From NCBI GenBank assembly GCA_001767525.1, contig MELF01000036.1, forward strand, positions 136,804-200,803: a DNA stretch of 64,000 bases, in the 5' to 3' direction. How positions within the stretch are numbered: position 1 is the stretch's first letter; every line of letters starts with the position of its first letter. Of the stretch, positions 10,067-18,700 are shown one piece after another. This stretch comes from Acidobacteria bacterium RIFCSPLOWO2_12_FULL_68_19 (GTDB lineage: Bacteria > Acidobacteriota > Vicinamibacteria > Vicinamibacterales > UBA2999). The translations under genes and the position numbers were made by a program. A model generated the notes under the pieces. That model made no database searches, was not told the DNA's origin, and was given only the letters and a program-made list of their open reading frames with translations.

Positions 10067-10100
10067 TTCCGCGTGCGCGTTTCGCGATTCCGCGTGCGCG
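10067..10100. promoter_or_regulatory. Two 13-bp direct repeats TTCCGCGTGCGCG spaced 21 bp (candidate regulator sites)
   Basis: Copies at 10067..10079 and 10088..10100, in the divergent kdsB / 10164-gene intergenic region. Confidence 0.3.
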
Positions 10101-10139
10101 CGCGCGAAGGGACTGCAGACGTCGGAGACACGACCGAGA

Positions 10140-10148
10140 TGGTAGAAT
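10140..10148 (+). promoter_or_regulatory. Extended -10 (TGgTAGAAT) for the 10164 gene
   Basis: TGGTAGAAT lies 15 nt upstream of ATG 10164. No SD in between. Confidence 0.35.
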
Positions 10149-10163
10149 AGGGCCGGATTTCTG

Positions 10164-10709
10164 ATGAACTGGAAGTCGTACGCGGCGGTGTCGAGCGCGA
10201 CGGTGCTCGCAGGGTGGCTGGCATCGACGCCGCCGGCGAATGCACCGGTCCAGACCGCGGCGACCGCGAGGCCGCAGCGACCGCCGAGGACCGATGCGTC
10301 ATCCGACATCGAGCAGCAGGCGATACGGCTGCAAGCGCGGCTGCGGGCCGAACGCCTGTACGCGGAGCCGGCGCGCGATCCGTTCCGGTTTGCGCCGGCA
10401 CGCGAACGGGTCGATGCGATCGAGCGAGTCCTGCCGGTGCCGGATCCGCCCGCAGGTCCAATCGACACCGCGCCGCCGGCGCCCCTGGTGTCGCTCTCCG
10501 GGATTGCCGAAGACACGGTGGACGGTGGCCTCCAGCGCACCGCCGTCCTGAGCGTCCGCCAGGGGGTCCTCCTCGCCCGCGAAGGGGACGAGATCCTTGG
10601 CTACTACCGCGTCGCCCGCATCGAGAGCGAGGCCGTCGAACTCGTTCCGCTCGGGACGGGGGCGCCGCGGCGTCTGACCCTCGGCACGTCTAGGAGCCTG
10701 TCCGAGTAA
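10164..10709 (+). CDS. Hypothetical membrane-anchored protein with PilP/GspC-like C-terminal beta domain
   Basis: N-terminal hydrophobic anchor, a Pro-rich linker, and 'LSGIAED..RTAVLS..GDEILGYYRVARIESEAVELV'. The last approximately 5 codons and the stop are supplied by the adjacent MITE-like element. Confidence 0.6.
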   Translation: MNWKSYAAVSSATVLAGWLASTPPANAPVQTAATARPQRPPRTDASSDIEQQAIRLQARLRAERLYAEPARDPFRFAPARERVDAIERVLPVPDPPAGPIDTAPPAPLVSLSGIAEDTVDGGLQRTAVLSVRQGVLLAREGDEILGYYRVARIESEAVELVPLGTGAPRRLTLGTSRSLSE

Positions 10710-10971
10710 TAGCATGGGTCGCGCGCATGGGGCTTGCGAGGCGAGATCAAGGCGCGAGGAGGAGGCGATGCCCGTGCGCATCGGCGACGCCGAGCAACGC
10801 CGAGCTCGCCCGCAACCCCCATGCGCCCTGCGGGTTCCGGCGGCGCACCGGCATCTGCGGCGTTGCCGCTCCTCGCCAATGCGCTCCGGCATTGCCTGCG
10901 TCGCGTCGCCTGGCATCTGCCGGCGCGGCGCTCGGAACGCGGCCCATGCTATTACTCGGACAGGCTCCTAG
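10690..10971. mobile_element. MITE-like non-autonomous element (274 bp, perfect 25-bp TIRs) flanked by CTAG duplication
   Basis: Left TIR GAGCCTGTCCGAGTAATAGCATGGG (10694..10718) is the exact reverse complement of 10943..10967. CTAG occurs at 10690..10693 and at 10968..10971. There is an internal imperfect hairpin (10723..10746 with 10804..10826) and no credible ORF. Confidence 0.6.
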
Positions 10972-12545
10972 ACCCTGACGATCCGCACGTCCCGGATCGC
11001 CTTGACCTCTCGCAGGTCGTCGAGCACCGCGGGAGCAATCGGCGCGACCTCGTCGACAATCACCACGCCGACGGCGTTCCGGCCTTCGCGGCCGAGCGCG
11101 AAGGTGGCGATGTTGACGCCGTGCCGGCCCAGGATGGTGCCGATCTCGCCGACAACCCCAGGCTGATCGTTGTTCCGAATCACGATCATCGTGCCGTCGA
11201 GCGGCGCCTCGATGCCGATGCCGTCGAGCAGCACCAGCCGCGGCGAGGTTCGTTCGAAGACCGCCCCTTCCACCCAGCGTTCGCCGTCGCTGGTGTGGAG
11301 CTTCACCGACATCAGGTTCGTGTAGTTCCGGGGCCGGCTGCTGCGCGACTCGACGATCTCGATTCCCCGGGCCGCGGCCACCTGGCGCGCGTTGACCGGC
11401 GTGACGCCCTCTTCGAGAATCGGCTTGAAGAGGCCGACGAGGATCGAGTCGACAATCATGTCGGTGCGGCCCTCGGCGAGCTCGCCGTAGTAGCGAACCC
11501 CGAGCGTGTGGGCCCGGCTCTCGTTCATCTGGGCGATGAAGAGACCGAGCCGCAGTCCCAGTTCGAAGAACGGCCGCAGGCGGATGAACTCCTCGGCGGA
11601 GACCGACGGAAAATTGACGGCGTTCCGGATGATGCCGTCCTTCAGGAAATCGCGCAGCGCCGCCGCCGTTTCCACGCCCACCAGCTCCTGACCTTCACGA
11701 GTGGACGCCGCAATGTGCGGCGTCGCCACCACCTGCGGCAGCTTCTGCAGCCGCGGATCGGAGGGCGGCTCGGTTTCGAAGACATCGAGGGCGGCGCCGG
11801 CCACGTGTCCCGATTCGATCGCGTCGGCGAGCGCGGACTCATCGATCAGATCGCCCCGGGCGGTGTTGACGATCCGGATGCCCTTCTTGGCCCGCGCCAG
11901 CCGATCGGCGTTGAGGAGCCTGCGGGTCTTCTCGTTGGAGGGCATGTGCAGCGACGCGTAGTCGGCGCGTGCGAAGAGATCGTCGAGCGACACGAGCTCG
12001 ACGCCGAGGTCGGCGGCCACCTGCTCGGAAATGAACGGATCGTGGGCGATGATCCGCATGCCGAAGGCCGCGGCGCGGCGGGCGACCTCCTGCCCGATTC
12101 GCCCGAGTCCGGCGAGGCCGAGCGTCTTGTCGCGCAGCTCCTCGCCGAGGAACTTCTTCTTCTCCCACTTCCCCTGCTTCATCGCCGCGTCGGCGGCGGG
12201 GACGTGGCGTGCCAGGGCGAGCATCAGGGCGAGGGCCAGTTCCGCCACGCTGATGCTGTTCGCGCCGGGCGCGTTCATGACGACGATCCCCCGCGCGCTG
12301 GCGGCGGTGACGTCGACATTGTCCACACCGGTGCCGGCGCGGGCGATGACACGCAGGCGCGGTGCGGCGGCAATGAGTGGAGCGGTGACCTTGGTCGCGC
12401 TGCGCACAACGAGCGCCTCGGCGTCCGCGAGATCACCGGTGAGCTGGTCGGGTGTTCGCCCGGTACGGGCGTCGACTGCCCATCCTTCCGCGCGGAGCAA
12501 ACTGAGCGCGGACGCGGGCAGGTCGTCGGCAACAACGATTTTCAA
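10968..12545 (-). CDS. serA: D-3-phosphoglycerate dehydrogenase (with C-terminal ACT domain)
   Basis: 'RVIARAGTGVDNVD', 'LGLAGLGRIGQEVARR' and 'NTARGDLIDE', at the long-form length of 525 aa. TTG start. Confidence 0.93.
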   Translation of the reverse strand: MKIVVADDLPASALSLLRAEGWAVDARTGRTPDQLTGDLADAEALVVRSATKVTAPLIAAAPRLRVIARAGTGVDNVDVTAASARGIVVMNAPGANSISVAELALALMLALARHVPAADAAMKQGKWEKKKFLGEELRDKTLGLAGLGRIGQEVARRAAAFGMRIIAHDPFISEQVAADLGVELVSLDDLFARADYASLHMPSNEKTRRLLNADRLARAKKGIRIVNTARGDLIDESALADAIESGHVAGAALDVFETEPPSDPRLQKLPQVVATPHIAASTREGQELVGVETAAALRDFLKDGIIRNAVNFPSVSAEEFIRLRPFFELGLRLGLFIAQMNESRAHTLGVRYYGELAEGRTDMIVDSILVGLFKPILEEGVTPVNARQVAAARGIEIVESRSSRPRNYTNLMSVKLHTSDGERWVEGAVFERTSPRLVLLDGIGIEAPLDGTMIVIRNNDQPGVVGEIGTILGRHGVNIATFALGREGRNAVGVVIVDEVAPIAPAVLDDLREVKAIRDVRIVRV

Positions 12546-12633
12546 CGGCGTGACCTGGGAAATGTGTGGTTAGTGATGTGTGAGTGGCGGTGTGTACGAC
12601 GAGTCACACATCGCCAATCGCGAATGCAGAAAG

Positions 12634-12639
12634 TATAAT
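12634..12639 (+). promoter_or_regulatory. Perfect TATAAT (candidate mdh promoter; second TAGAAT at 12655..12660)
   Basis: AT-rich hexamers in the 251-bp serA/mdh divergent region. Either one implies a 130-150-nt mdh leader. Confidence 0.3.
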
Positions 12640-12716
12640 CTGCGACGGCCGCACTAGAATGGTGCAAACCGCTGGAATCTTCGGATTCGCGTGGAATTGC
12701 GGCGCGCGGTCGCCCT

Positions 12717-12740
12717 TTTTCAACAGAGTTTTCAACAGAA
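12717..12740 (+). promoter_or_regulatory. Tandem 12-bp repeat TTTTCAACAGAG/TTTTCAACAGAA in the mdh leader, followed by hairpin 12752..12770
   Basis: Direct reading. The hairpin is CCCGCAC-CGGGT-GTGCGGG. The 9-mer TCAACAGAG recurs upstream of mgtE at 30600..30608. Confidence 0.3.
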
Positions 12741-12796
12741 ACTGTGCGTAACCCGCACCGGGTGTGCGGGATATCGCCCTAAACGGCAGGACGGGA

Positions 12797-13723
12797 ATGA
12801 AACGAAAAGTCACCATCGTCGGCGGCGCCGGCAATGTCGGCGCAACGGTCGCGCGGGCGATCGCGGAACGGGAGCTGGCCGATGTCGTCCTCATCGACAT
12901 CGCCGACCAGAAGGCGAGCGGCGTGGCGCTCGACATGTACGAGACGTGCCCGATTCTCGGATCCGATTCGCGGATCATCGGTGGCGGCGACTGGGGCGCC
13001 GCCGCCGGCTCCGATATCGTCGTCATCACGTCGGGCAAGCCGCGCAAGCCGGGAATGAGCCGCGACGATCTCGTGCGTGACAATTTTGACATCATGAAGA
13101 GCATCGCGCCGAAGGTCGCGGAGCACTGTCCGAAGAGCATCGTCATTCCGGTGGCGAACCCGCTCGACGCGATGGCACAGGCGCTCTACCGGCTGACGAA
13201 GTTCCCCCGCGAGCGCGTCATCGGCATGGCGGGTGTGCTCGATTCAGCGCGCATGAGTACCTTCATCGCGATGGAGCTGAACGTGTCGGTGGAGAACGTC
13301 CACGCGTTCGTGCTGGGCGGACACGGCGACACGATGGTGCCGCTCGCGCGCTACAGCACGGTCGCGGGCGTTCCGATCACGGAGTTGTTGCCGAAGGACC
13401 GCATCGACGCGATTGCCAGCCGAACGGCCAACGGCGGCGCAGAAATCACGAAGCTGGTCGGGACGAGCGCCTGGTACGCGCCCGGGGCGGCGGTTGCCGA
13501 GATGTGCGAGGCGATTCTGCTCGACAAGAAGAAGATCCTGCCGTGCTCGGTCTTCCTGCAGGGGGAGTACGGGATTCGCGATCTGTTCGTCGGGGTGCCC
13601 ACCAAGCTCGGCGCCCGGGGCGTGGAAGAGATCTTCCAGATCACGCTGACGCCGGAGGAAGACGCGGCGCTCAAGAAGTCGGCGGCGGCCGTGAAGGAGC
13701 TCGTCGACGTCATCGGGATGTAA
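12797..13723 (+). CDS. mdh: Malate dehydrogenase (LDH-like family)
   Basis: '[14 protein letters not shown]', '[18 protein letters not shown]' and 'GGHGDTMVP'. Start taken at M12 of track ORF 12764..13723. Confidence 0.94.
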   Translation: MKRKVTIVGGAGNVGATVARAIAERELADVVLIDIADQKASGVALDMYETCPILGSDSRIIGGGDWGAAAGSDIVVITSGKPRKPGMSRDDLVRDNFDIMKSIAPKVAEHCPKSIVIPVANPLDAMAQALYRLTKFPRERVIGMAGVLDSARMSTFIAMELNVSVENVHAFVLGGHGDTMVPLARYSTVAGVPITELLPKDRIDAIASRTANGGAEITKLVGTSAWYAPGAAVAEMCEAILLDKKKILPCSVFLQGEYGIRDLFVGVPTKLGARGVEEIFQITLTPEEDAALKKSAAAVKELVDVIGM

Positions 13724-13739
13724 GAAGCCTCGGGTCGCT

Positions 13740-13771
13740 GGCCTCGGACCGCAGTGCTGCGGCTCGAGGCC
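13740..13771. terminator. Bidirectional hairpin between convergent mdh and ECF sigma genes
   Basis: GGCCTCG..CCGCA-GTGC-TGCGG..CGAGGCC: 7+5 bp stem with a small internal loop. Confidence 0.5.
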
Positions 13772-13779
13772 AGTCGGGT

Positions 13780-14427
13780 TCAGGCCTCCGGTCGCATGTG
13801 CGCCGACAGCCGCTTGAGCGCGCGGCTGACGGCCATGCGCGCCGCGTCGACGCTCACCAGGCCGAAGCGCTGCGCGATCTCCGCCAGGCTCCACTGCACC
13901 TCCACGCGCGCCACGATCATCCCGCGTTCGCGCGGTTTCAGCTCACCGAGGGCCCGGCGGTATCGCTCGTACGATTCGGCCTGGATGGCGAACTCGAGCG
14001 GCGAGGTGTTGTCCCCCGGATGCTCCTCGTCGAGCGGCGCCGCCGCCGGGTGGCGCGCCACCCGCCGCACCTCGTCGCGGATGCGGTTGACGACCGACTG
14101 CCGCAGGTACGCCTGCATGGCGCCGACGTGCCGCGGCTCGAACGTGTCGAGCCGCTGGAGCGCGTGCAGCACCGCCTCCTGCACGAGGTCGCCCGTGTCA
14201 ATGGCGCCGCGGGCCGCCGTTGGCAGCCGTCCGTGCGCCCACCGGGTGAGCGCCGGCAGGCAGCGCTGGAGGAGCGCCTCCACGGCGAGCCGGTCGCCTC
14301 CGCGGGCCCGGATGACGAGCTCGAGGGTCGGCTCGTCGCTCAGGAGCGGGTCGACAGGTTTGTCGACCGGAGGACTTGGCCGGGGAGGGCGGTCAGTCAT
14401 CGGTGCGGGTGCGTGGGTCAGCATCAT
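13780..14427 (-). CDS. ECF-type sigma-70 family RNA polymerase sigma factor
   Basis: Region 2 'DLVQEAVLHALQRLDTF..YLRQSVVNRIRDEVRR'. Region 4 HTH 'WSLAEIAQRFGLVSVDAARMAVSRALKRL'. Pro-rich N-extension of about 40 aa. GAGGAG SD. No anti-sigma gene adjacent. Confidence 0.88.
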   Translation of the reverse strand: MMLTHAPAPMTDRPPRPSPPVDKPVDPLLSDEPTLELVIRARGGDRLAVEALLQRCLPALTRWAHGRLPTAARGAIDTGDLVQEAVLHALQRLDTFEPRHVGAMQAYLRQSVVNRIRDEVRRVARHPAAAPLDEEHPGDNTSPLEFAIQAESYERYRRALGELKPRERGMIVARVEVQWSLAEIAQRFGLVSVDAARMAVSRALKRLSAHMRPEA

Positions 14428-14521
14428 AGTGCTCCTCAGGGGCCAAGATCGCCGGAAACCCCTGTTGTGTGTATTAACGACAGAGACGGTCTCGACCGAA
14501 CAGACTGCGACGGTGTAACCC

Positions 14522-14530
14522 TGCTATCCT
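14522..14530 (+). promoter_or_regulatory. Extended -10-like TGcTATCCT 9 nt upstream of the kinase ATG
   Basis: TGCTATCCT-CTGGCCGGC-ATG(14540), with no SD. An 11-bp palindrome GAGACGGTCTC lies at 14483..14493 in the same divergent region. Confidence 0.3.
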
Positions 14531-14539
14531 CTGGCCGGC

Positions 14540-15418
14540 ATGGTCGGGACGACCGTTTCCCATTACCACGTGACCGGCAAGCTCGGAGTGGGCGGGATGG
14601 GGGTCGTCTACGAGGCGGTCGACACCCGTTTGGGAAGGGCGGTTGCCCTCAAGTTCCTTCCCGCGGAGCTCGCCGGCGACCCCGACGCAACCCGCCGCCT
14701 TCGCCGCGAGGCGCAGACGATTGGCGGCCTCAATCACCCGAACATCTGCACCATCTACGAGTTCGACGAATACGACGGTGCGACCTTCATTGCCATGGAA
14801 CGCGTGGAGGGGCGGAATCTCAAGCTCCACATGGCGCAGCGCCCGCTCTCGACGGCCGACGTCGTGGCGATTGCCCTGCAGGTCACGGCGGCGCTGGACG
14901 CCGCGCACGCCGCCGGGGTCGTGCACCGCGACATCAAGCCGGGCAACATCATGGTTGGGCCCGGCGGCAGGGTGAAGGTGCTCGACTTCGGGCTCGCCCG
15001 CCGCTTCACGCTCCCCGGCTCGGGTGAGGTGATGCTTGGAGGCTCGACCATCCCGGGCCGGCCGATCGGCACCGCCAACTACATGGCGCCCGAGCGGATC
15101 CTGCAGTTGCCGCTGGATCCACGGAGTGACTTGTTCTCGCTGGGGGTCGTGACCTACGAAATGGCGACGGGGAGGCTGCCGTTTGGGGGAGCCTCCCCGT
15201 CCGATACGGTCACCAAGATCCTTGAAGAAGCCCCGATTTCGCTGACGCAGTTGTCGCCCGATCGCCCCGTGCATCTGGAGCGGATCGTTGCGCGGCTGCT
15301 TGCCAAGCGCGCCGAGGATCGGTTCCAGTCAGCCGCCGAACTGCGCACGGCGCTTCAGGAGGTTGCCAACACGCCGAAGACCTCCATCCTGCGCCAGTTC
15401 ATCGAGCGCCTGCGGTGA
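14540..15418 (+). CDS. Ser/Thr protein kinase, kinase domain only (no TM or sensor domain)
   Basis: Hanks motifs 'GVGGMGVVYEA', 'VALK', 'HRDIKPGN', 'DFGLAR' and 'YMAPE'. 292 aa. Confidence 0.9.
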   Translation: MVGTTVSHYHVTGKLGVGGMGVVYEAVDTRLGRAVALKFLPAELAGDPDATRRLRREAQTIGGLNHPNICTIYEFDEYDGATFIAMERVEGRNLKLHMAQRPLSTADVVAIALQVTAALDAAHAAGVVHRDIKPGNIMVGPGGRVKVLDFGLARRFTLPGSGEVMLGGSTIPGRPIGTANYMAPERILQLPLDPRSDLFSLGVVTYEMATGRLPFGGASPSDTVTKILEEAPISLTQLSPDRPVHLERIVARLLAKRAEDRFQSAAELRTALQEVANTPKTSILRQFIERLR

Positions 15419-15439
15419 TCGCGCTCGCTCGTGCCGTTA

Positions 15440-15706
15440 TTAATGTGGGTTCTCCCTTATCTTCCGATTGACTGTCGGTTCGGCCTCGCTAGAGCCCAGG
15501 GCGTCGTCTCCCCACACCACGACGACCCTGCCCGCGGCGACGGCCGTTGATGCCACTTGCACCCCATTGACGTAGACGACGAACAATCCACCCGGTCCAC
15601 CGTCGAGTCCATCGCGTCCCGCACCGGCGCTGGCACCGCCGCTGGCACCGCCGTGGCGAACCTTCCAGTGAACGCTCCCGCCGCCGCCGAACTCACCGTA
15701 TCCCAT
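15440..15706 (-). CDS. Small hypothetical protein (88 aa), Gly-rich N-half and beta-rich C-half
   Basis: AGGAGG (15712..15717, minus strand) lies 5 nt upstream of the ATG. It sits directly downstream of the large kinase on the same strand. I do not recognise any family. Confidence 0.6.
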   Translation of the reverse strand: MGYGEFGGGGSVHWKVRHGGASGGASAGAGRDGLDGGPGGLFVVYVNGVQVASTAVAAGRVVVVWGDDALGSSEAEPTVNRKIRENPH

Positions 15707-15783
15707 AAGTGCCTCCTGACTCAGCCGTTCGAGGCTGAGGACCTTCGTACACGTGGTAACGACCGCGACTCGAGATTCGAACG

Positions 15784-18700
15784 TCAGCCGAGAACTCGTC
15801 GAATGCTGGGACGGCCTGCAAAGGCGGCGCGGTCGCCAACGTCGAGCCCCGCTTGGAGCGCCTCGAGAATCGTTCTCGCCAGAGCCGCTTCAGCGGCCGC
15901 TGGCGCCTGGTCGCCCAGTTCCCTCAGCGTGACGCTCCGCCAGTAGTGGATCTCGGCCCGGAGCTCGGCGCCGACGGTCTGTCCGTCGGCATCCGCTGGA
16001 ATGGCCATCAGCAGGCGCAGCGCTTCGCCGGCGCGTCGTTCCTGAAGCGCGATCTGCGCCAGGAACAGCCGGCACCGTGCGGCGAGCGGGGCACGGCCCA
16101 TTCGCGCGGCTTGTTCCAAGCTCGATTGAACAGCGGCTCGACCCCGCGCAGCGCGTCCGACGAGGGCAGTCACAAGGCCCAGGTAGGCACGCGCTTCAAC
16201 GGCGGCGGCGTCGGGAAAGCTCCCACTCCACAGCGCGGCGGCGCGCCCGAAGGCGGCCTGCGCGTCCGAGAGCCGCCCGCGCTCGTACGCCAGCTCGCCG
16301 GTGGTCAGCAGCAGGAGCGGAAAGAGCTCGTCGCCCTGGCGAACCGCACCGGTGACCCGCTTTAGCGCCTCCTCGGCGCCGGGCACATCGCCCAGACGGA
16401 TTCGCAGCCGGGCCCGGTGCATCTCGGCCGCCGTGCTTGCGGGTCCAGGACCATGCGCGAGCGCCTCGTCGAGCAAGGCGAGCGCGGCGGAATACCGGCC
16501 GGTTTCGATGTGGGAGCGGGCGCGGTCGACTGTCACCGACGTGATGTCGTCGTCCAGATTGCGTTCCCGAAGAATCGCGAGCGCCCGGTTCAGCTCACGC
16601 TCGGCATCCATATGCTGTCCCACCTGCCGGTAGTACGCCGCGATGACCTGCAGCGCGAATGCCTCGAAGTTCTTGTCTCCGAGTTCCTGCAGGACCGCCA
16701 ACGCGTTCTGCGCGTCCCGAAGGGCGGCAGCGGGATCGGAGCCGTATTCGATGCGGAGCGCCGCTCCGTTGGCCTGCTGCTGGGCGGCACGGTGTTGGTC
16801 CCCGAGCGCTTCGTACATCGCCGCGCTCGCCTGGTAGTAGCCGGCCGCCTCGGTGCGGTTGCCAAGGCGTATGTGTGCCACGCCGAGGTTGAACAGCAGC
16901 AGCGGCTCCAGCGCGGCGTTTCCGACGGCACGAGCGGAGGTCAGCGCCTGCTCCCAGACCGCCGTCGCGTCCGTGAATCGGCCCTGGGCGGCCGCCGTGA
17001 GTCCCACGTAGTACTTCCCCCGCGTCAGGTTGAATTCGTAGCGCGCGTCCTCGAGCGTTGCGAGCGCGGCCTCCGCCTGACGCCCTGCATCCGCACGCTC
17101 GGCGGCCGACCCGGTCCGCAGGACGTCCGCGAGACACCAGCGGGCCTGGGCCTCACCGGCAGCGTCCTGCAACGTCTGGTACGCCTCGAGCGCAAGCCGA
17201 CCGTCGGCGCGCGCCTGGGGTGGGTCATTGAGACGGCTCGGACTGTACAGCCGGCAGAGTTCCAGGTGAGGCCTGACGAGCCGACCGTCGAGCGTCAGGA
17301 CGGCGCGATAGGCGTCGACCGCCTCGGCTGTCCTCAGTTGCCGGTCGAGGAACGCGGCCCACTCCATCCGCCAACTCGGTTCCTGCGGATAGCGCGTCAG
17401 CAGTTCGGTGTACCTCGCTTCAGCGGTCGTCACGTCGCGGCGGACTTCGGCCGCGATCGCCTCGACCAGCAGCCGCTCGAGGGGCGGCGTATCCGGCAGC
17501 AGTTGACGGAGGGCGCGCTCGGCGGCGTCGAGGGCGGTCTTGTCTTGTCGCATCATCCACGCGGCGCGGCTCCGCCACGCGTGGATGAGGGAGCGCCGCG
17601 CGTCCTGTTCCAGCGTGGCCGCGAACGCGTGCAGGGCGCGGGAGTACTCCTGCTGGTCGTAGGCGTCGATTCCCCGCTCGAACTCGCTCGCCGCGTCGAG
17701 CGTGCTGAACCGCGCCGTTGGGGACGAGGGCTCCGGGCCCGCCAGGGAGCGGATTGCCGCGGCAGCGCGAGCACGAGCCGGGCCGCTCCGGACGAAGTGG
17801 CCGTGCACCGCCTCCGCCAGCGGCGCCACGAGTCCGTAGACGGTCGCCTTCATCAACGACGAGAGCACGGGCGGTGTCTCGAAGGTAGCCGTGTTCGTTG
17901 CCGTGTCGACGTCCCGGAATTCCACTCGCGCCAGCCAGGCGCCGTTCTCGTACAAGAGCGTCGGCACGATGATCACGTCGGCGCCGCCGTGCATCGCGAT
18001 CGCCTGCAGCGCCTCGCGGCTCGACACATCGCCTCGGCCCTGACGGAAGCGGCGGACGATCTGCACCAGGCGCTCGTAGGGCAGCACGCGGACGACGCCC
18101 GAGTCGGCCAGTTGCGCCGTCAGCTCCTGCGTGAGCGCCATCCGGTACGAATCAAGTTCGGCGTACCCGGTCTGGTTGACCACGGGCGCGACGGCTACAG
18201 GGATGCGCTCGACGGGCCAGAAGATCCAGAGCGGCGCGCCAGCCAGCACCGCGAGGAGGGCTCCGGTGGCAGCGGTCGAGCGTCTGGTCCAGCGAGGCCG
18301 CCGCGCCGCCGGTGCCACGTCGATCCGTGGCAGCGGCTCGGTCCGGAGATCGAGCGGCAGCGTCCGTCCTTGCAGCCGCCGCAGCGCTCGCGCGAGATCT
18401 CGCGCGGTCTGAAAGCGCACCGCCGGATCCTTGTGGAGCGCGCGAAACACGAGCTGCTCGAGCGCCTCGGACACCTCGGATCGGCGCGGGCGCAGCGGCG
18501 CCGGCGGCTCGTCCCTGATCGCGTGCGCGATCGCCTCCGGATACCCGCCCTTGAAGGGCGCGTCGCCGGCCAGCATCTCGTACAGCACCGCTCCGAGCGC
18601 CCAGATGTCGCTGCGCGCGTCGGCCTCCTCCCCCCGCACCTGCTCGGGCGACATGTAGGCAATCGTGCCGATCGTCGATCCTTCGAGCGTGAGCTTGAGA

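Noticed and set aside
10714-10971. Small ORFs inside the MITE-like element (10714..10971, 10727..10978 and 10747..10947).
   Set aside because: The sequences are Arg/Ala-rich and lack an SD. They are too short for a transposase, and the region is dominated by nested inverted repeats, consistent with a non-coding element.
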